Origin: Candidatus Pacearchaeota archaeon
GTDB lineage: Archaea > Nanobdellota > Nanobdellia > Pacearchaeales > GW2011-AR1
Direction of reading: 5' to 3'
Length of the DNA stretch: 57,036 bases
Assembly (NCBI GenBank): GCA_018303885.1
Contig: JAGVXG010000004.1
Span: 1-57,036, forward strand
Shown: positions 16,597-25,052 of the stretch, piece by piece
Layout: every line of letters begins with the position of its first letter
Numbering within the stretch: the first letter of the stretch is position 1
Made by a program: the position numbers and the translations under genes
Notes under the pieces: generated by a model
Seen by the model: only the letters and a program-made list of their open reading frames with translations
What the model was told of the DNA's origin: nothing
The model's database searches: none

Positions 16597-17193
16597 ATGA
16601 AGCAACAAATCGCCCCAGAAGAAGTCTTACATGACAAAAAAATTTTGGAAAAAACCCCAGAAAAAAAAATAGAAAGGAAAACAAATAGAATTAAAACTTT
16701 GCCAGTGAAAGAAGAAATTTTAGAGGAGATTACCCCTGAAATAAGCATTGATGAAGACGAGGGTATAAAAGAAACTGCTTCGGATGATGGTTTTGATTCT
16801 CAGGATAAAAAAGAGAAGAAAACAGTAGAAGCTGTTGTTAATATTTATACATCTTTTAATAACACAATCGTTCATGTTACCGACATGTCTGGAAAAACTC
16901 TGACTAAAGTTACAGGAGGAATGGTTACTAAACATGGCCGCCTCAAAGCTAATCCAACAATAGCAATGTTCATAGCAAAAAGAGTAGCAGAAAACCTGCA
17001 TGAGACAGGTGTTGGCTCTTTATATTTCAGAATAAGAGCAAAAACAGGAAATCCTGCACCAGGTCCAGGAGCCAACGCAATAATTAAAAGCCTTTCTAGA
17101 GAAGGATTTAAAGTATTGAACATTCTTGATACAACGAGATTTCCAAGAGGCGGCCCAAAGAGAAAAGGAGGCCGAAGGGGAAGAAGACCATAG
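16597..17193 (+). CDS. rps11: 30S ribosomal protein S11 (uS11) with a ~75-aa charged N-terminal extension
   Basis: SFNNTIVHVTDMSG, PGPGA, D.T..P.GGPK.KGGRRGRR. Confidence 0.96.
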   Translation: MKQQIAPEEVLHDKKILEKTPEKKIERKTNRIKTLPVKEEILEEITPEISIDEDEGIKETASDDGFDSQDKKEKKTVEAVVNIYTSFNNTIVHVTDMSGKTLTKVTGGMVTKHGRLKANPTIAMFIAKRVAENLHETGVGSLYFRIRAKTGNPAPGPGANAIIKSLSREGFKVLNILDTTRFPRGGPKRKGGRRGRRP

Positions 17194-17223
17194 GTTTAAA
17201 AAATTTGAATAACAAAAAATAAA

Positions 17224-17496
17224 ATGACAGAAAGAGAAAGTATGAGAAAAATTAGAGAAGGCTTAACATTACTAATAGAAGGATTGATCGATGATACAAA
17301 TGATATGATCGATAAAGAAGGTTCTGTTAAAGAAATAATTGATGTAGCAAATTTTAGAGTGGGTTTAATAGAAGGATACCTAAATGATGCAGAAAGATAT
17401 ATATTACCTAAAGATAAATTAGTAGAACTTAAATCGAAATATGCTGGACTAAAATCAAAATTAAAAGGAAATTCACTTTCCTATGTGGGAGCTTAA
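17224..17496 (+). CDS. Hypothetical 90-aa helical protein inserted between rps11 and rpoD
   Basis: AAAATG start, fills the gap, stop 1 nt before the rpoD ATG; no family recognised. Confidence 0.6.
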   Translation: MTERESMRKIREGLTLLIEGLIDDTNDMIDKEGSVKEIIDVANFRVGLIEGYLNDAERYILPKDKLVELKSKYAGLKSKLKGNSLSYVGA

Positions 17497-17497
17497 A

Positions 17498-18223
17498 ATG
17501 ATGAAGAAAATCGAGGAAACAGAAAATCAGATTGTTTTTATTGCAGATATAAGTGAAACACTCGCCAATTCAATAAGAAGATACACTAACCAGGTTTTGG
17601 TAATGGCTGTGGATGAAGTCGAAATTTCAAGAAATGATTCACCCTTATATGATGAAGCAGTTACTCATAGAATCGGCCTTATCCCGCTAAAAACAGAAAA
17701 GTCAGTTAACGAAAAGTCAACAGGAAAACTAAAACTCGCCGTGAATAAGGAAGGCCTGGTTTATTCAGGAAGCTTGAAGGGGAATTTAGATGTTGTTTAT
17801 GAAAAAATTCCAATAACAACTCTTTCTGAAGACCAAGAACTTCAGTTAGTGGCTTTTGTTAAAGCCGGAAAAGGCTCAGAACACTCAAAGTTTTCCCCCG
17901 GCTTGATGTTTTTCAGAAACGTTTCTGAAATAACTCTTGACAAAGAATTTTCTGAAGAAATAAAGAAAACTTTCCCTGAAAGCGAGATAAAAGAAAAAGG
18001 AAATAAAATCCTCGTTCTAGACAATAAAAAAAGAGAAATACTTGATTTCTGTGAAGGTCTTGCAGTTAAAAAAAATAAAAAAGCCGAAGTCGAAACAAAA
18101 GACGAGCTCGTGATTACAATAGAAAGTTTTGGGCAGATGAGTCCTGAAAACATGTTTAAGAAATCCATTGAAGTTCTCAAAAAAGATCTTGCTTCTGTCC
18201 AGAAAAATATAGAAAAGATTTAA
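17498..18223 (+). CDS. rpoD: RNA polymerase subunit D (Rpo3)
   Basis: LANSIRR, N.SPLYDE...HRIGLIP, G.G.EHSKF, IESFGQ; start set at the ATG right after the upstream stop. Confidence 0.95.
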   Translation: MMKKIEETENQIVFIADISETLANSIRRYTNQVLVMAVDEVEISRNDSPLYDEAVTHRIGLIPLKTEKSVNEKSTGKLKLAVNKEGLVYSGSLKGNLDVVYEKIPITTLSEDQELQLVAFVKAGKGSEHSKFSPGLMFFRNVSEITLDKEFSEEIKKTFPESEIKEKGNKILVLDNKKREILDFCEGLAVKKNKKAEVETKDELVITIESFGQMSPENMFKKSIEVLKKDLASVQKNIEKI

Positions 18224-18370
18224 ATTCAGCAAAAAGAAAAAATTATCTATAATTTATTACTATTTTTGATTTATTTTAGGATAAAATTATTATATAAAGA
18301 GATAAAGGACACTATCTAGTAGCCAATTTTCTTGTTTAACAATTTAGCCTTTACAATTTTTATCCCCCCC

Positions 18371-18390
18371 AGTTTTAGAATTCTAAAACT
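18371..18390. promoter_or_regulatory. Perfect 20-bp palindrome immediately 5' of the tRNA TATA box
   Basis: AGTTTTAGAATTCTAAAACT is self-complementary; TTTTTATA follows; tRNA starts at 18421. Confidence 0.55.
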
Positions 18391-18420
18391 TTTTATAGGT
18401 TTATTTAGTGATATTTTGAT

Positions 18421-18504
18421 GTGGGTGTGCCGGAGTGGTCAAACGGGCGGGTCTCAAGAACCCGTAGCTTAGTGCTTTCCTAGGTTCGAATCCTAGCACC
18501 CACA
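18421..18504 (+). tRNA. tRNA-Leu(CAA)
   Basis: GTGGGTG/CACCCAC acceptor, CGGGT-CTCAAGA-ACCCG anticodon arm, long variable arm, CTAGG-TTCGAAT-CCTAG. Confidence 0.96.
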
Positions 18505-18514
18505 TAATCGGTCA

Positions 18515-18590
18515 GCCCGGGTAGCTCAGCCTGGATTAGAGCGAAAGGTTCCTAACCTTTAGGTCGCAGGTTCAAATCCTGTCTCGGGCA
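18515..18590 (+). tRNA. tRNA-Arg(CCT)
   Basis: GCCCGGG/CTCGGGC acceptor, GCTC/GAGC D stem, AAAGG-TTCCTAA-CCTTT, GCAGG-TTCAAAT-CCTGT. Confidence 0.95.
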
Positions 18591-18596
18591 TGAAAA

Positions 18597-19334
18597 ATGA
18601 ACAAACAAAAACTCAAAAAATTCGCAAAGGAAGTTTCAATACCAATTATCTTATTAGCAATTTATTTTATTTTGTTTCATGTCCAAAAAGTAGTTTCTTT
18701 GCCAGCTCAAGACGCTTTAATCGAACTTACCTTAGATTACATAAACACGAGAAGCATTTTTTTCATTTTTTTAATAGCTCTAGTTGAAGGAGGCCTGATT
18801 CTTGGACAATATGCGCCAGGAGGTATTGTTATTTCTTTAAGCATAATTTCTGCTGGCGGCGACGTAGTCAAAGTAATTCTTTTGTGCCTAGTAATTTCAT
18901 TAGCCTACCTGGTTGCCTACGGTATAGACTACTTTATTGGTTATTATGGGATAAATAGGTTAATTGAAAAATTTGGATTGTACGATCGCGTTTCAAAATA
19001 CAAAAGACTTCTTGAAAAAAATGTGTTTACTACTATATTTTTTAGTTATTGGGAAACAAATATAGCTTCAATTGTTGCTGCAGCAGCGGGTTCTTTGAAA
19101 GTTTCCTTTAAAAAATTCTTTCTATACTCTGTTATTTGTGTTTTATTCTGGGTTATTTTTTGGGCAATAATACTCTTCTTTTTTGGAAACATAGTTTTGA
19201 GAATTTTAGGATACCAATACCTTCTTATACTGGTTGTTATCTGGATATCTTTTATTTTTTATAGGAATTTTTTAAAAAAAGAAGAACCACCCCAAGAAAG
19301 TATTATAGAAAAAATAGAGGAAAAATTAACGTAA
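18597..19334 (+). CDS. DedA-family membrane protein
   Basis: ALVEGG.ILG..APGG re-entrant motif, AY...YFIGY, AAAGSLKVSFKKF. Confidence 0.7.
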   Translation: MNKQKLKKFAKEVSIPIILLAIYFILFHVQKVVSLPAQDALIELTLDYINTRSIFFIFLIALVEGGLILGQYAPGGIVISLSIISAGGDVVKVILLCLVISLAYLVAYGIDYFIGYYGINRLIEKFGLYDRVSKYKRLLEKNVFTTIFFSYWETNIASIVAAAAGSLKVSFKKFFLYSVICVLFWVIFWAIILFFFGNIVLRILGYQYLLILVVIWISFIFYRNFLKKEEPPQESIIEKIEEKLT

Positions 19335-19401
19335 ATCCTTAAGGTAAGTATAGCAGGTAGTATCATCGGTAAATTTATATACTTTGAAGCCATAAAGTTT
19401 C

Positions 19402-20223
19402 ATGGCTCTTTTTGTTCGATTATCTTCGAAACAAAGAAAAAAGTTGTTTACTAAAATTAAAACAAAAATAAATTCTTGGGAAAAATTTTATCCTAATTAT
19501 AACATTAGCCGAGCAATGTTTTTTAATTATTTGTCTGGGAAGTACCATATCCCCCTAGAACTATTTAATTCTTGGAAAAAAATAGCAGAATTTAAAGATA
19601 ATGTCAATGTTATTGAGAAGGAAAGATATCTAAAAAAGGAAATAAAAGAGATTCTTTTAGATGAAAACTTGGCCGAAGTTATTGGAGTTTTAAATGGTGA
19701 TGGGCATATCTCAAAAAATAGGAAAGAAATTTGTGTCGTAGGAAACAAGAATGAAAAAGAATATTCAGAATATTTACAGAATTTATTTCATAAAAAGCTG
19801 CAGATAGATTTTCATTTATTCTTTTATGGAAGTTGCTTTAAACTTAAAGGTTATTCTGTAAAATTAACAGATTTCTTTACAAAAAATTATGGTTTACCGA
19901 AGGGCAATAAAATGGGTAAGTTGCATATCCCGTATCAAATATTAGTCAACAAAGAATTTTTAATAAGATATATAAGGGGGTTATTTGACACAGATGGCAG
20001 CTTTTATATCAGAAGAAAAAAAGACCCTGTTATAGAAATAAGCAGCGCAGATGATAGATTTTTAAAAGAGATAACAAAGGCGTTATTTTCTCTAGGATTT
20101 AATGTATCAAAAGGAGTTAATAGACTGTTTATCTATAGAAAAAATGATATAATAAAATTTTATAATGTAATAAAACCTTCTAACTCTAAACATTTAAAAA
20201 AGTACCAAAACACCTTTAAATAA
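19402..20223 (+). CDS. Free-standing double-motif LAGLIDADG homing endonuclease with N-terminal HTH-like domain
   Basis: LAEVIGVLNGDGHI and YIRGLFDTDGSF, both acidic catalytic positions intact; no intein splice motifs or host gene around it. Confidence 0.88.
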   Translation: MALFVRLSSKQRKKLFTKIKTKINSWEKFYPNYNISRAMFFNYLSGKYHIPLELFNSWKKIAEFKDNVNVIEKERYLKKEIKEILLDENLAEVIGVLNGDGHISKNRKEICVVGNKNEKEYSEYLQNLFHKKLQIDFHLFFYGSCFKLKGYSVKLTDFFTKNYGLPKGNKMGKLHIPYQILVNKEFLIRYIRGLFDTDGSFYIRRKKDPVIEISSADDRFLKEITKALFSLGFNVSKGVNRLFIYRKNDIIKFYNVIKPSNSKHLKKYQNTFK

Positions 20224-20224
20224 A

Positions 20225-20296
20225 GCGCTGGTGGGTTAATGGCTAGACTTCCTGCCTTCCAAGCAGGAGATCCGGGTTCGACTCCCGGCCGGCGCA
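20225..20296 (+). tRNA. tRNA-Gly(TCC)
   Basis: GCGCTGG/CCGGCGC acceptor, CCTGC-CTTCCAA-GCAGG, CCGGG-TTCGACT-CCCGG. Confidence 0.96.
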
Positions 20297-20310
20297 CTTT
20301 AAAATAGAAA

Positions 20311-21252
20311 ATGGAAGAAAACAAAGAAAACATTAAAGAAACTAAAGAAAAAACCATAGAGCAAAAAAAGAAGTTTAGTTTTAACTATGATAAACACTAC
20401 AAAAAATTGCTTTTAATACCTGTAATTATCATGCTTTTTTCCCTCGCCTATTTATTTTATTTTCATTCGCAAACAGGCGAGTTTATAATAAAAGACATAA
20501 GCCTCTCTGGTGGAACAACAATAACTCTTACAGGAGATTTTCTTGACCAAGACCTACAAAAACTAGAACAAGACCTAAAAGCAGAATATGGTGATGTTTC
20601 ATTTAGAAGGCTCACAGAGTCTACTTCAGGCAAAACATTGACTTTTGTAATTGAAAGCCATGCCAATGCAGATGAGCTAAAAGCATCAATAGAGGAAAGC
20701 ATTGGACAGGAACTTACACATGAAAACTCAAGCACAGAATTTTCAGACTCTGCTTTAAGCGGAAATTTTTACCGCCAGTTGATTATCGCATTGATAATAT
20801 CTTTTATTTTGATGTCTGTTTTTATATTCTTCTTATTTAGGTCATTTGTGCCAAGCTTAGCTGTAATTTTTGCTGCTTTTTCTGATATTGTTATGCCTTT
20901 GGCTCTTATTGATTATCTTGGTATAAAAATTTCAGCAGCAGGAATCGCTGCTTTTTTAATGTTAATCGGTTATTCAGTAGACACAGACATTTTGCTTACT
21001 ACAAGAGCCCTTAAAAAACAAGAAGGAACAGTGAATCAAAGAATTTACGGTGCTTTTAAAACCGGTATTTTCATGACGATAACAGCGTTAGCTGCTGTTC
21101 TACCAGCCTTCTTTATAATTACCGGGTTGCCGGATTCATTCAGACAGATATTTTTTATCTTGGCTTTAGGTTTAGGTGCTGATATTATTAATACATGGCT
21201 TACAAATGCCAGCATAATTAAATGGTATTGTGAAAAGAAAGGAATTAGATAA
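20311..21252 (+). CDS. secF: Protein translocase subunit SecF
   Basis: DISLSGGT, LMLIGYSVDTDILLT, six TMs. Confidence 0.93.
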   Translation: MEENKENIKETKEKTIEQKKKFSFNYDKHYKKLLLIPVIIMLFSLAYLFYFHSQTGEFIIKDISLSGGTTITLTGDFLDQDLQKLEQDLKAEYGDVSFRRLTESTSGKTLTFVIESHANADELKASIEESIGQELTHENSSTEFSDSALSGNFYRQLIIALIISFILMSVFIFFLFRSFVPSLAVIFAAFSDIVMPLALIDYLGIKISAAGIAAFLMLIGYSVDTDILLTTRALKKQEGTVNQRIYGAFKTGIFMTITALAAVLPAFFIITGLPDSFRQIFFILALGLGADIINTWLTNASIIKWYCEKKGIR

Positions 21253-21253
21253 A

Positions 21254-22903
21254 ATGAAAATATCATGGAGAATTTGGGTTTTGATGTTTGCACTTGCTTT
21301 TTCCGCAGTGGCAATTCTTAATATTTCTTCATCTTATAGTTTCCTTGTAGGAGTATTGATACTTTCTATACCATTCACGCTAACTTTTTCAAAATCAAAA
21401 ACAACAAAAATAATTCTTTTATCGCTTACAGTTGTGGTGCTTGTACCTATAGTATTTTTTTCTTTCCAAAAAGGAGTCGTGATAACATCGGTAAACTCTG
21501 ATTCAGTATATTTTGCCGAAGGATTGCGAAAAGGAATAGTAATAACTGCAATAAACGGGAATAATATAGATAATGTTGAAGATTACATAAACCATTTACC
21601 TCAGACATCAGAAAGTCAGAAAAAAATAGAACTTCAAACCAGTCAAGGTAATTTTATTTTCTTAACTAATAAAACGCCAGATATAGTTGTTTCTAACATA
21701 CCTAAAACTAATTTGAAAACAGGATTGGATTTAAGCGGCGGCGCAAGGGCAATTTTGAAACCGGTTAATGCAACTCTCTCGCAAAATGATATCGATGACC
21801 TAGTTTCAGTAACTTCAAACAGATTGAATACTTTCGGAATAAGCGATGTAGATATTAGAAGTGTTTCTGATTTGGAAGGAAATAAATTCTTAAGGGTTGA
21901 GGTTGCAGGAATAACTCAAGAAGATCTTAAGGAGCTCGTAGGACAGCAGGGAAAATTTGAAGCAAAAATAGGAAACGACACTGTTTTCGTGAGTGGGGAA
22001 AAAGATGTAACATTTGTCTGCAGAAATGACGCAACTTGTGCAGGAATTGAAACATGCCAGCAAGACAGTTCTTCAGGAGGGTATTTTTGTAAATTTAGAT
22101 TCTCAATATCTTTAAGTCCAGAAGCAGCAGAGCGCCATGCGCGAATAACACAAAATCTTACTTTAGACCAGACAAATTCACAATACTTATCAAAAAAACT
22201 GGATTTGTATCTTGACGATACCCTTGTCGATTCTTTATTTATAGGAGCTGATCTTCGTGGCGCTGTAACAACTCAAATACAAATTTCCGGTTCTGGAGCA
22301 GGAGCGACAGAAAATGAAGCATATGACGACTCCTTGGATTCCATGAAAAAACTTCAAACAATCCTCATTACAGGAAGCTTGCCATATAAGCTAGAAATTG
22401 TGAAGTTAGATTCCTCTTCTCCAATACTTGGGAAAGAATTTACAAAAAACATAATTACTCTTGGAATAATTGTATTCTTGATAGTTTCCATTTTGATATT
22501 TATAAGATATAAGCGCATTAAGATTACTCTTGGAGTTATTTTGACTATGTTTTCTGAAGCAGTAATAATCCTCGGAATTGCATCTATAATTTCATGGAAC
22601 CTAGATGCACCAGGTATTGCAGGAATCATCGCCGGAATAGGTGTGGGAGTCAATGATCAAATCGTGATTATAGAAGAATCAGTTTCCCGAGAAGCAACGA
22701 CGTTAAAACAGAGAATTAAAAGAGCCTTATTCATAATTATTGGAGCCTTTTTCACTATTTTTGTCGCAATGCTTCCTTTATTTTGGGCTGGCGCAGGATT
22801 ACTCGAAGGCTTTGCATTTACTACGATAATAGGAATCACTGCAGGAATATTAATCACGCGTCCCGCTTTTACAGAGATTATGAGAAAAATTCAGGGTGAG
22901 TAA
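21254..22903 (+). CDS. secD: Protein translocase subunit SecD with PDZ-like insertion
   Basis: GLDLSGGARAIL, RLNTFGISD, L.TGSLP, GFAFTTIIG...GILITRPAF; start at the ATG after the secF stop. Confidence 0.92.
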   Translation: MKISWRIWVLMFALAFSAVAILNISSSYSFLVGVLILSIPFTLTFSKSKTTKIILLSLTVVVLVPIVFFSFQKGVVITSVNSDSVYFAEGLRKGIVITAINGNNIDNVEDYINHLPQTSESQKKIELQTSQGNFIFLTNKTPDIVVSNIPKTNLKTGLDLSGGARAILKPVNATLSQNDIDDLVSVTSNRLNTFGISDVDIRSVSDLEGNKFLRVEVAGITQEDLKELVGQQGKFEAKIGNDTVFVSGEKDVTFVCRNDATCAGIETCQQDSSSGGYFCKFRFSISLSPEAAERHARITQNLTLDQTNSQYLSKKLDLYLDDTLVDSLFIGADLRGAVTTQIQISGSGAGATENEAYDDSLDSMKKLQTILITGSLPYKLEIVKLDSSSPILGKEFTKNIITLGIIVFLIVSILIFIRYKRIKITLGVILTMFSEAVIILGIASIISWNLDAPGIAGIIAGIGVGVNDQIVIIEESVSREATTLKQRIKRALFIIIGAFFTIFVAMLPLFWAGAGLLEGFAFTTIIGITAGILITRPAFTEIMRKIQGE

Positions 22904-22998
22904 TTCTGTTATTCTATAGTAGTTGAAAAATAAGAGAAGTAAGTTTTAGAGTGAAACACCATAAAGATTTTAAATGATTTCCAATAAAAATCATTAAG

Positions 22999-24066
22999 AT
23001 GAAAATTATGGTGACTGGTGGCTGTGGTTTTATTGGAAGCAATTTCATAAAATATCTTCTCACTGATCCAGAGGTTACTGAAGAAATTAAAATTCTTAAT
23101 GTGGATAGTATAACTTATGCAGGACAGGGCAGAAACATAGAACATATGTATAAAGAAAGCAAGAACCAAAAATTTTTAACTAATTATAAGTTTATTCGCG
23201 TCGATATTTGTGATTTTCATTCTATTGATATCATTATAAAAAAATTTAGTCCTGATTGTATTGTTAATTTCGCCGCAGAATCTCATAATAGCTATGCTAT
23301 TTTAAATCCTACAGTTTTCTTTAAGACAAATTTATTAGGGACTCAGAATTTGCTAGAAGCGGCAAGAAAGAATAATGTCGGGAGATTTCATCATATATCA
23401 ACATGCGAGGTTTATGGAGATTTGGATCTGAAAAGCAAAAAGAAATTTACTGAAACTACTTCATATAAACCAAACACCCCATATAATGCATCTAAGGCTG
23501 CCGCAGATTTAGCTGTAAGAGCTTATTTTAAAACATTTAATCTCCCAATAACTATCTCAAACTGTTCGAACAATTATGGGTCATACCAATTTCCTGAAAA
23601 ATTAATCCCCCTTTTTGTAACTAACTTACTAGAAAATAAAAAAATTCCACTATATAAAAATAGCCAAAATAAAAGAGAATGGATTCATGTCTTAGACCAT
23701 TGCAAAGCCATATACAAAATCTTGAAAAATGGCAAGGTAGGAGAAACATACAATGTTGGAACAGGCGTTGAAAAAAGCATAGAAGAAATTACCACAATAA
23801 TCCTTAAATATCTTAATATGCCCGAGACTATGAAAGAGTATGTGCCAGATAGACCAAGTCACGATAGAAGGTATTTACTTGATTCAAAAAAAATAATGAA
23901 AGAGCTGAAATGGAAACCCGCGATTAACTTTGAAACAGGAATGAAAGAAACAATTGAATGGTATAAAAATAACAAAATTTGGTGGTTGTCTTTGAAAGAA
24001 AAAACCTTAATCCAAGAAAATAAATGGGGTGTCAAACGAGACAAAAATCAGAATGAAAGTAAATAG
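22999..24066 (+). CDS. rfbB: dTDP-glucose 4,6-dehydratase-like (RmlB family)
   Basis: TGGCGFIGS, NFAAESH, PYNASKAA, SNNYG.YQFPEKLIP, DRPSHDRRY; the TDE motif reads TCE. Confidence 0.88.
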   Translation: MKIMVTGGCGFIGSNFIKYLLTDPEVTEEIKILNVDSITYAGQGRNIEHMYKESKNQKFLTNYKFIRVDICDFHSIDIIIKKFSPDCIVNFAAESHNSYAILNPTVFFKTNLLGTQNLLEAARKNNVGRFHHISTCEVYGDLDLKSKKKFTETTSYKPNTPYNASKAAADLAVRAYFKTFNLPITISNCSNNYGSYQFPEKLIPLFVTNLLENKKIPLYKNSQNKREWIHVLDHCKAIYKILKNGKVGETYNVGTGVEKSIEEITTIILKYLNMPETMKEYVPDRPSHDRRYLLDSKKIMKELKWKPAINFETGMKETIEWYKNNKIWWLSLKEKTLIQENKWGVKRDKNQNESK

Positions 24067-24156
24067 AAAATTTTCAATCATTCGCCGTAGGAGGTATGTC
24101 AAATGAGACAAAAATCAGAGATTTTAGCTCATTCGTCTCCAGGAGGAGCCAAATGA
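24052..24156 (+). repeat. Two tandem 50-bp ATGA-flanked units, each a 17-codon mini-ORF (MKVNRKFSIIRRRRYVK*, MRQKSEILAHSSPGGAK*)
   Basis: ATGs at 24053, 24103 and 24153; each TGA overlaps the next ATG; both units carry TCATTCG, AGGAGG and CAAATGA. Confidence 0.85.
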
Positions 24157-25052
24157 AAGGGATAATTTTAGCAGGGGGAACAGGAAGTAGGCTATATCCA
24201 TGCACAAAAGTTACAAACAAACATCTTCTTCCAGTTTACAATAAGCCAATGATTTATTACCCTTTAAAGACTCTTGTTGATGCAGGAATAAAAGAAATTC
24301 TAATCGTTTCTGGGAGCGGACATGCAGGACACTTTGTCAACCTTCTTGGCTCTGGTAAAGAATTCGGCGTTAGATTAAGTTATGAAGTACAGGAAGAAGC
24401 AGGAGGAATTGCGCACGCTCTTGCCCTTGCCGAAAGTTTCATTGATAACGATGATATGGTATTAATTCTTGGAGATAATATATTCGAGGACAACATAAAA
24501 AACTATGTTGATGAATTTAAGGCACAAGGGGGTGGAGCCAGAATCTTTTTGAAAGAAGTTGGAATGAAAGCTGCGAAAAGATTCGGCATTGCTGTTGTGG
24601 AAGGCAACAAAGTCAAATATGTTGAGGAAAAACCAGAAAATCCAAAATCAAATCTTGCAATGACCGGCCTTTATATGTTCGATTCAAAAGTCTTTGATAT
24701 AATAAAAACGCTAAGCCCATCTACAAGAGGAGAACTTGAAATAACAGATGCTATAGAAAGATATGTTCGCTTTGGAAATTGTTATAATAGTTTAATAAAA
24801 GGTTATTGGTCTGATGCCGGGGCATTTGAATCATTAAACAGGGCAAGCAATCTTGTAAGAAAAAATGAAGCAACTGAAGAAGATCACTGGTCTGATACCG
24901 ATGATTTTACCGAAACATTTAAATTTCCATCTAAAGACGATGATACTAAAACAATTATTGAAAAACTGTCTCTGCTAGCAAAAAAACAGACAGAAGTTTT
25001 AGATTATCTTTCAAAAAAGCAGAATAAAAGTTTTTCTACTGGGTATTTTTAG
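24153..25052 (+). CDS. rfbA: Glucose-1-phosphate thymidylyltransferase (RmlA/SpsI-like) with C-terminal extension
   Basis: GIILAGGTGSRL, KHLLPVYNKPMI, LGDN, EEKP, RGELEITD, WSDAG; start set at ATG 24153 with an AGGAGG SD. Confidence 0.92.
   Translation: MKGIILAGGTGSRLYPCTKVTNKHLLPVYNKPMIYYPLKTLVDAGIKEILIVSGSGHAGHFVNLLGSGKEFGVRLSYEVQEEAGGIAHALALAESFIDNDDMVLILGDNIFEDNIKNYVDEFKAQGGGARIFLKEVGMKAAKRFGIAVVEGNKVKYVEEKPENPKSNLAMTGLYMFDSKVFDIIKTLSPSTRGELEITDAIERYVRFGNCYNSLIKGYWSDAGAFESLNRASNLVRKNEATEEDHWSDTDDFTETFKFPSKDDDTKTIIEKLSLLAKKQTEVLDYLSKKQNKSFSTGYF

Noticed and set aside
20160-20357. 65-aa minus-strand ORF; also 18590-18787
   Set aside because: Shadow of tRNA-Gly/endonuclease, and an off-frame overlap of the DedA gene, respectively.
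24022-24156. CRISPR array or integron attC interpretation of the short repeats
   Set aside because: No constant repeat with unique spacers, no cas genes, no RYYYAAC/GTTRRRY boxes and no tyrosine integrase in the window.
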